11,694 bases of DNA from an uncultured Nitrososphaerales archaeon (GTDB lineage Archaea > Thermoproteota > Nitrososphaeria > Nitrososphaerales > Nitrososphaeraceae). The position numbers were made by a program, and so were the translations under genes. The stretch lies in assembly GCA_963713605.1 (NCBI GenBank), contig CAVQMO010000009.1, forward strand, positions 1 through 11,694, written 5' to 3'. Shown in pieces: positions 7,560-11,694 of this stretch; the first letter of the stretch is position 1; the number at the start of each line of letters is the position of its first letter. The notes under the pieces are model-generated. The model was not told the DNA's origin and searched no databases. It worked only from the letters and a program-made list of their open reading frames with translations.

Positions 7560-9191
7560 TTATTGTCTAATAATTTCGATAAATATTGTATTGTATTTTA
7601 CATTTCCTGCATTATCACGAGCCCTTATAATTAATTGGTCTTCGCCCTCAGCATCATCTAATGGGAGTATGGAAGACCATTTAGACCAATCACTTGGGAA
7701 GTTGTGATTAACTTGTTGATATGGTCTATCCTTTAGGTGAATTTCAGCAGGTACTAATACCGCCTCCAGTATCATACACTTCCCCCTCTACTAAAATGCT
7801 CGCCACATTATTGGATTCAACATAAACTGGTATCGGATTATCTACTGTCGAATTTGAATAATTTGTTCCAGGTAAGGTGCCGTTTATTCTTGTAACGACG
7901 GCAGTTGGGCATATTGTGTCTAATGTTGGGAGCCTGAGATGCTTGTGTTGTATTAGCAGGGCTATTTCCACTTTCTTGTGGGATAGTACTCTTATAAAAA
8001 TCGAAATACTTTGTTGTGCTAATATTATTTCCTGTGACATTCACAAGGTCATAATTCCTGACATTTTCTGGATGCTGTCGAAAACTCCACATCCAATACG
8101 CCCACCCCCATGCCTTGATCTCTTCGAATTTATCAACGAAGAGATTTACCTCGGTTTGGTTTATGTCCGCAGTTGGGTCATTTGGCGTAATTCCTATATT
8201 GAACTCTCCTATCCACAAGGGAACTTTTGCCAATTGTGCAGTTCTGGCTGAAGCGCTCAATCTGTCTTCTGCATAACTACAATGGGTGGGCAAACCAAAT
8301 AACGTTGTCTTGAACATTGAATTGGTAGTATTTTTTGGTGCCATCTTTGCCATATTATCTGGAAGGGCAAAGATTGGGCCACCTATATCAGATGGCAACT
8401 GTCTGTCAAAAACAATTGTCTTTGAAGATAACTTTCGCAATTCATTTGAAATGTATGTATTATAGTTACCAATTTTCTGCCATTGAGTTTTATCGTATAC
8501 CTGTGGCTCATTTAGAATTTCATAGCCGAATGTGCTTGTGTGATTATCTAACTGTTTGGGCGACTTTCTTCAAAAAATTGGCCTGAAGGGTCCATCCGTC
8601 ATTTCCATTAGCATCACTTACCGTTCTGTTGTACCAGTTAGTCCACCAAAGTTTTGCTGTATCTTTATCAGATGCTCCTCCTCCGTCATAGGGTAGTTCA
8701 TTGTTATTTTCAAAAAGGAAATATGGAAATCCATATCCATACTCTGGATCTAACCATGACGAAATGTGAAACTGATCGTTAGCATAGATAACGTTAATTC
8801 CCCATTTATCTGCGGCCTCAGCAACTTTTCTTAACTCTGCGATGAATAAAGAAGGGTTTTTTTCATAGGATTCCCAGGTGAACAAGTACCGTATAGTATC
8901 CATTCCGGATTGTGAAAGTATCTTGAAACTCTCGTCATAGTAATTATTGGGAATAGGTTTATGATAGTCCCTAGATTCTGGTAATGTTGTATAGTATCCA
9001 AGTAAATTGACTCCCTGGTATGGTGGATTATCCTGTTTAATAGTTCCTGAGCTGGCCTCTTCGCTACTTACAGTTACTTCTGATAAACTGAGAACAGACG
9101 GAACGCCGGGATAGTCAGAATAAAGGAGCAAGGGAAATATGATAATAGAGGCAGAAATAACTATTGCAACTTTCTTTATGTATTTTTTGAT
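7560..9191 (-). CDS. Exported GH5-like (clan GH-A) glycoside hydrolase with C-terminal Ig-like domain, copy 2; three apparent frameshifts
   Basis: ORFs 8544-9131, 7838-8440, 7744-8040 and 7560-7775 join via single extra bases at about 8550, 7922 and 7750-57. The bridging frame reads DNHTSTFGYEILNEPQ (acid/base Glu, NEP at 8504-8512); nucleophile in IGEFN; WAYW; tail DTICP..DTGGGI..ARDNAGN. Start uncertain (9131-9191). Confidence 0.85.
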
Positions 9192-9291
9192 ATATCTAGG
9201 GAAATGAAAGAGACGATAATTTAAAGATAACCTAGATTATTTTTTGAATGAAGGTCGATCATATTATGAGTTGAAGTAATGCGAAAGTCAT

Positions 9292-10835
9292 TCAATCAAA
9301 AATGTTGTATTGCTGATTGACCGAATTCAAGGGTCTAGTCGTATATTCCTTATTGCCTGAGTTATCTATGCCAGACCAATTATTCTGTGGCTTTTGTCAA
9401 TCGCAATAGGTAATGTAGCGGTCCAATTCCATATTCCTTTATTTTCTGTAGGGAGGACATCTACATATTCGCCATCATTTGTGTGAACCCGAACCGATTT
9501 TATGCCGCTTCCAACATCAAAAGCATATCCGTTAGTGTACAAATGTCGTTTGTCAGGGGAAATCTGGGCCGAAGCAATGTACAATCCAGGAGAGATAGTA
9601 TCACGTGATTCCTGTACGTTGAAGTTCGAGAATGCACTTTTTACATAATCAAAATTCTGGGTAGTAAAGATAGTATCATCCTTGAAGTCTACAAAATCGT
9701 AGTTGGGATTTGAATGTTCTTTCAGGCTCCAAAGCCATGCAGCCCATCCCCATGCTCCCAGTTCATTTATTTTGGTAACTATAAGATCTACATTATCTTG
9801 AGTCATGGTTACATTTTTACTCTCTCCAACTTCATATCTGTCGTAAGCCCGTAAGTTGAATTCGCATATACATAGTGGCACCCCAGCAAGCTCTGCCGTT
9901 TTGGCATAATAGTGTAATCTTGCTTCAGCATAGCTGCTGTCCGTCGGCAAGCCAAAGATTGTAGACTTGAAAATTACGTTTTCCGTATTTTCGGGGGCCA
10001 TCTTTGCCATGTTTTCTGGATTCGCTCTTATTTCGCCGTCCAATTCTGAAGGGACCTGTCTATCAAAAAAAATCGTTTTCTGGGATACGGTCCTTAATTG
10101 ATCAGTAATAAAGCTGTTGTACTTGCCAATCTTTTCCCACTGGTTTACGTGATGAACATGGGGCTCGTTAAGAATCTCATAGCCCAATGTACTTTTATGA
10201 TTATCAACGGCATCTACTATTTTCTTTAGGAATTCAGCTTGTAGGGTCCAGCCATCCATGCCATTAGCATCTTTTACAGACCTATTGAACCAATCATCCC
10301 ACCATCTCTTCGCAACAATGTCTTTCTCTCCGATTCCTCCGCCGGTTCCATAAGGATAGTTCGGATTATTTTTGAATAAAAATGATGGAAATCCAGTGCC
10401 AGTTTTTGGTCCAAGCCAAGAGGAAGTATCGTATTGGTCATTTGCATATATCACCTTAATCCCCCACTTGTCTGCAGTTTGAGCAACAGTCTGAAGCTCA
10501 CTCATGAATGAAAATGGATCTTTTTCATACGACTCCCAAAAGAAGACATACCGAACGAACTGGATACCTGCCTGCGAAAAAATCTTGAAACTTTCCTCGT
10601 AATAGTTTGATGGAAAATTAAACTTAACCTCTCTCTCTTGTGACATTGTCGTATAGTATCCTCGCATATTCATCCCAACCATCGGACTGCTGTCATTATC
10701 ATCAGCTTGGGCAAAAGCATGATTAAGATTGGTATTGTTTCTAATATCGTAGCCATCATTGTAATTGTTAAGCATGACTAAAGTCAGTATAACGAATATA
10801 AACAAAGTAAATCGGACGATATTGATTTTTTTTAA
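9292..10835 (-). CDS. Exported GH5-like (clan GH-A) glycoside hydrolase with C-terminal Ig-like domain, copy 1
   Basis: ORF 9366-10805 has an N-terminal hydrophobic segment, VRY..WESYE, GYEILNEP (10161-10169), ICEFN and WAAW. One base missing at about 9370 restores A-IDNSGNKEYTTRPLNSVNQQYNIFD* ending at 9292, matching ARDNAGN of the paralogue. Start uncertain (10805-10835). Confidence 0.87.
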
Positions 10836-11366
10836 CGGAGAAAGTTGAATATGGTAATAAGCTTTTGTACTATTCTTATTTCCCTCGAAAATCGTTATCG
10901 TGTTAGTACCGAAGTTAGGAATCCTATATAAATTATGAAATAGCTACTGGAGTCGTTTCTTACTGATTGAACTTTCATGTTTCAACAATTTAAACTGCAT
11001 AGTGCAGTCTGTAACGTATTCAATACAATTGAAAAACTAGCTGGTACTCGAGACTTGATTTAGATGACAATCAAATCATGATAACCAAATTACTAAAATA
11101 TATGGATGGGGTAGCTCTACTTTTGACTGTTGATAAATGGGAAATATGATTGCGTAAGTGACTTAGAATTTGATAGAGTGATATATTGTTGGCTACTATT
11201 AGCGAGAATTACTATTTGCACACAGCCTGTCAGCGCCCTACATCTTTAGGCTCTCAAGTAATTATTATGAACCTTTCAATGATATTGGTCGTTTTATAAT
11301 TCTATACTCTAGTATATTGCATAAAAATACGTCTCAACTGTCTGCAAACCGAGTGTTTGGCGAATC

Positions 11367-11374
11367 TTTTATAT
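11367..11374 (+). promoter_or_regulatory. TATA box for the GT-C gene
   Basis: TTTTATAT about 32 nt upstream of ATG 11406. Confidence 0.45.
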
Positions 11375-11405
11375 TTTGAATGCTCTCCTCTGTTATTATC
11401 ACCTG

Positions 11406-11694
11406 ATGCAGAATCATCTGATGCAGATCGCAACTACAACAAAGACCGTATTCTATGGCCGAGAATCTTGGATTGTATTTTTCGTTACCATTGTAATCGG
11501 TGTAACTGCAGCGTTTGTTCTATACAGCTTTGACAGATTTTCATTGATATATTATGCCGATTCTGTATCTCACCTTGTAAGAGGCCAGGGAATTTGTCGA
11601 TGCTATAAACCCTGGATTATTTGAGCAGTTAGGAACTGCTTGGCTCCCATTGCCACATCTTTTATTGTTACCGTTTACTTTGATAGAACCTTTA
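11406..11694 (+). CDS. N-terminus of a GT-C fold (GT39/PMT/ArnT-like) membrane glycosyltransferase, 3'-partial, one apparent frameshift
   Basis: TM helix followed by YYADSVSHLVR. Removing one G at about 11583 gives AREFVDAINPGLFEQLGTAWLPLPHLLLLPFTLIEPL, open to the window end. The acidic first-loop motif and WLPLPH are typical of GT-C first external loops. Confidence 0.7.

Noticed and set aside
3965..8551. Programmed ribosomal frameshifting in the protease and GH5 genes
   Set aside because: No slippery heptamers or stimulatory structures at the shift sites; shifts are numerous and go in both directions, so error is more parsimonious.
7877..8586. Plus-strand ORFs 7877-8251 and 8335-8586
   Set aside because: Antisense shadows of the GH5 gene.

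Overview
AT-rich archaeal DNA, most consistent with a soil ammonia-oxidising archaeon (Nitrososphaeraceae-like). This is inferred from the intron-containing archaeal tRNA, TATA boxes about 25-30 nt before starts and the gene content; the taxonomy is not proven. The left part (1-3194) is housekeeping: the C-terminus of a DHHA1-containing AlaX/AlaRS-like protein, an AbrB-like regulator with a possible decayed inverted paralogue, a Rid-family protein, a tRNA-Tyr(GUA) split by two introns (37/38 and T-loop 58/59), and a succinate-semialdehyde-type aldehyde dehydrogenase. The right part (3708-11694) is a cell-surface locus: a secreted S8 subtilase with an apparently duplicated propeptide, an egghead-like GT2, two tandem exported GH5-like hydrolases with C-terminal Ig-like domains, and the start of a GT-C membrane glycosyltransferase. 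Five of the protein genes carry single-base indels but no in-frame stops once repaired, which points to sequencing error rather than decay. The best candidate for an undescribed system is the GT2 + 2xGH5 + GT-C glycan or glycolipid synthesis/remodelling module.
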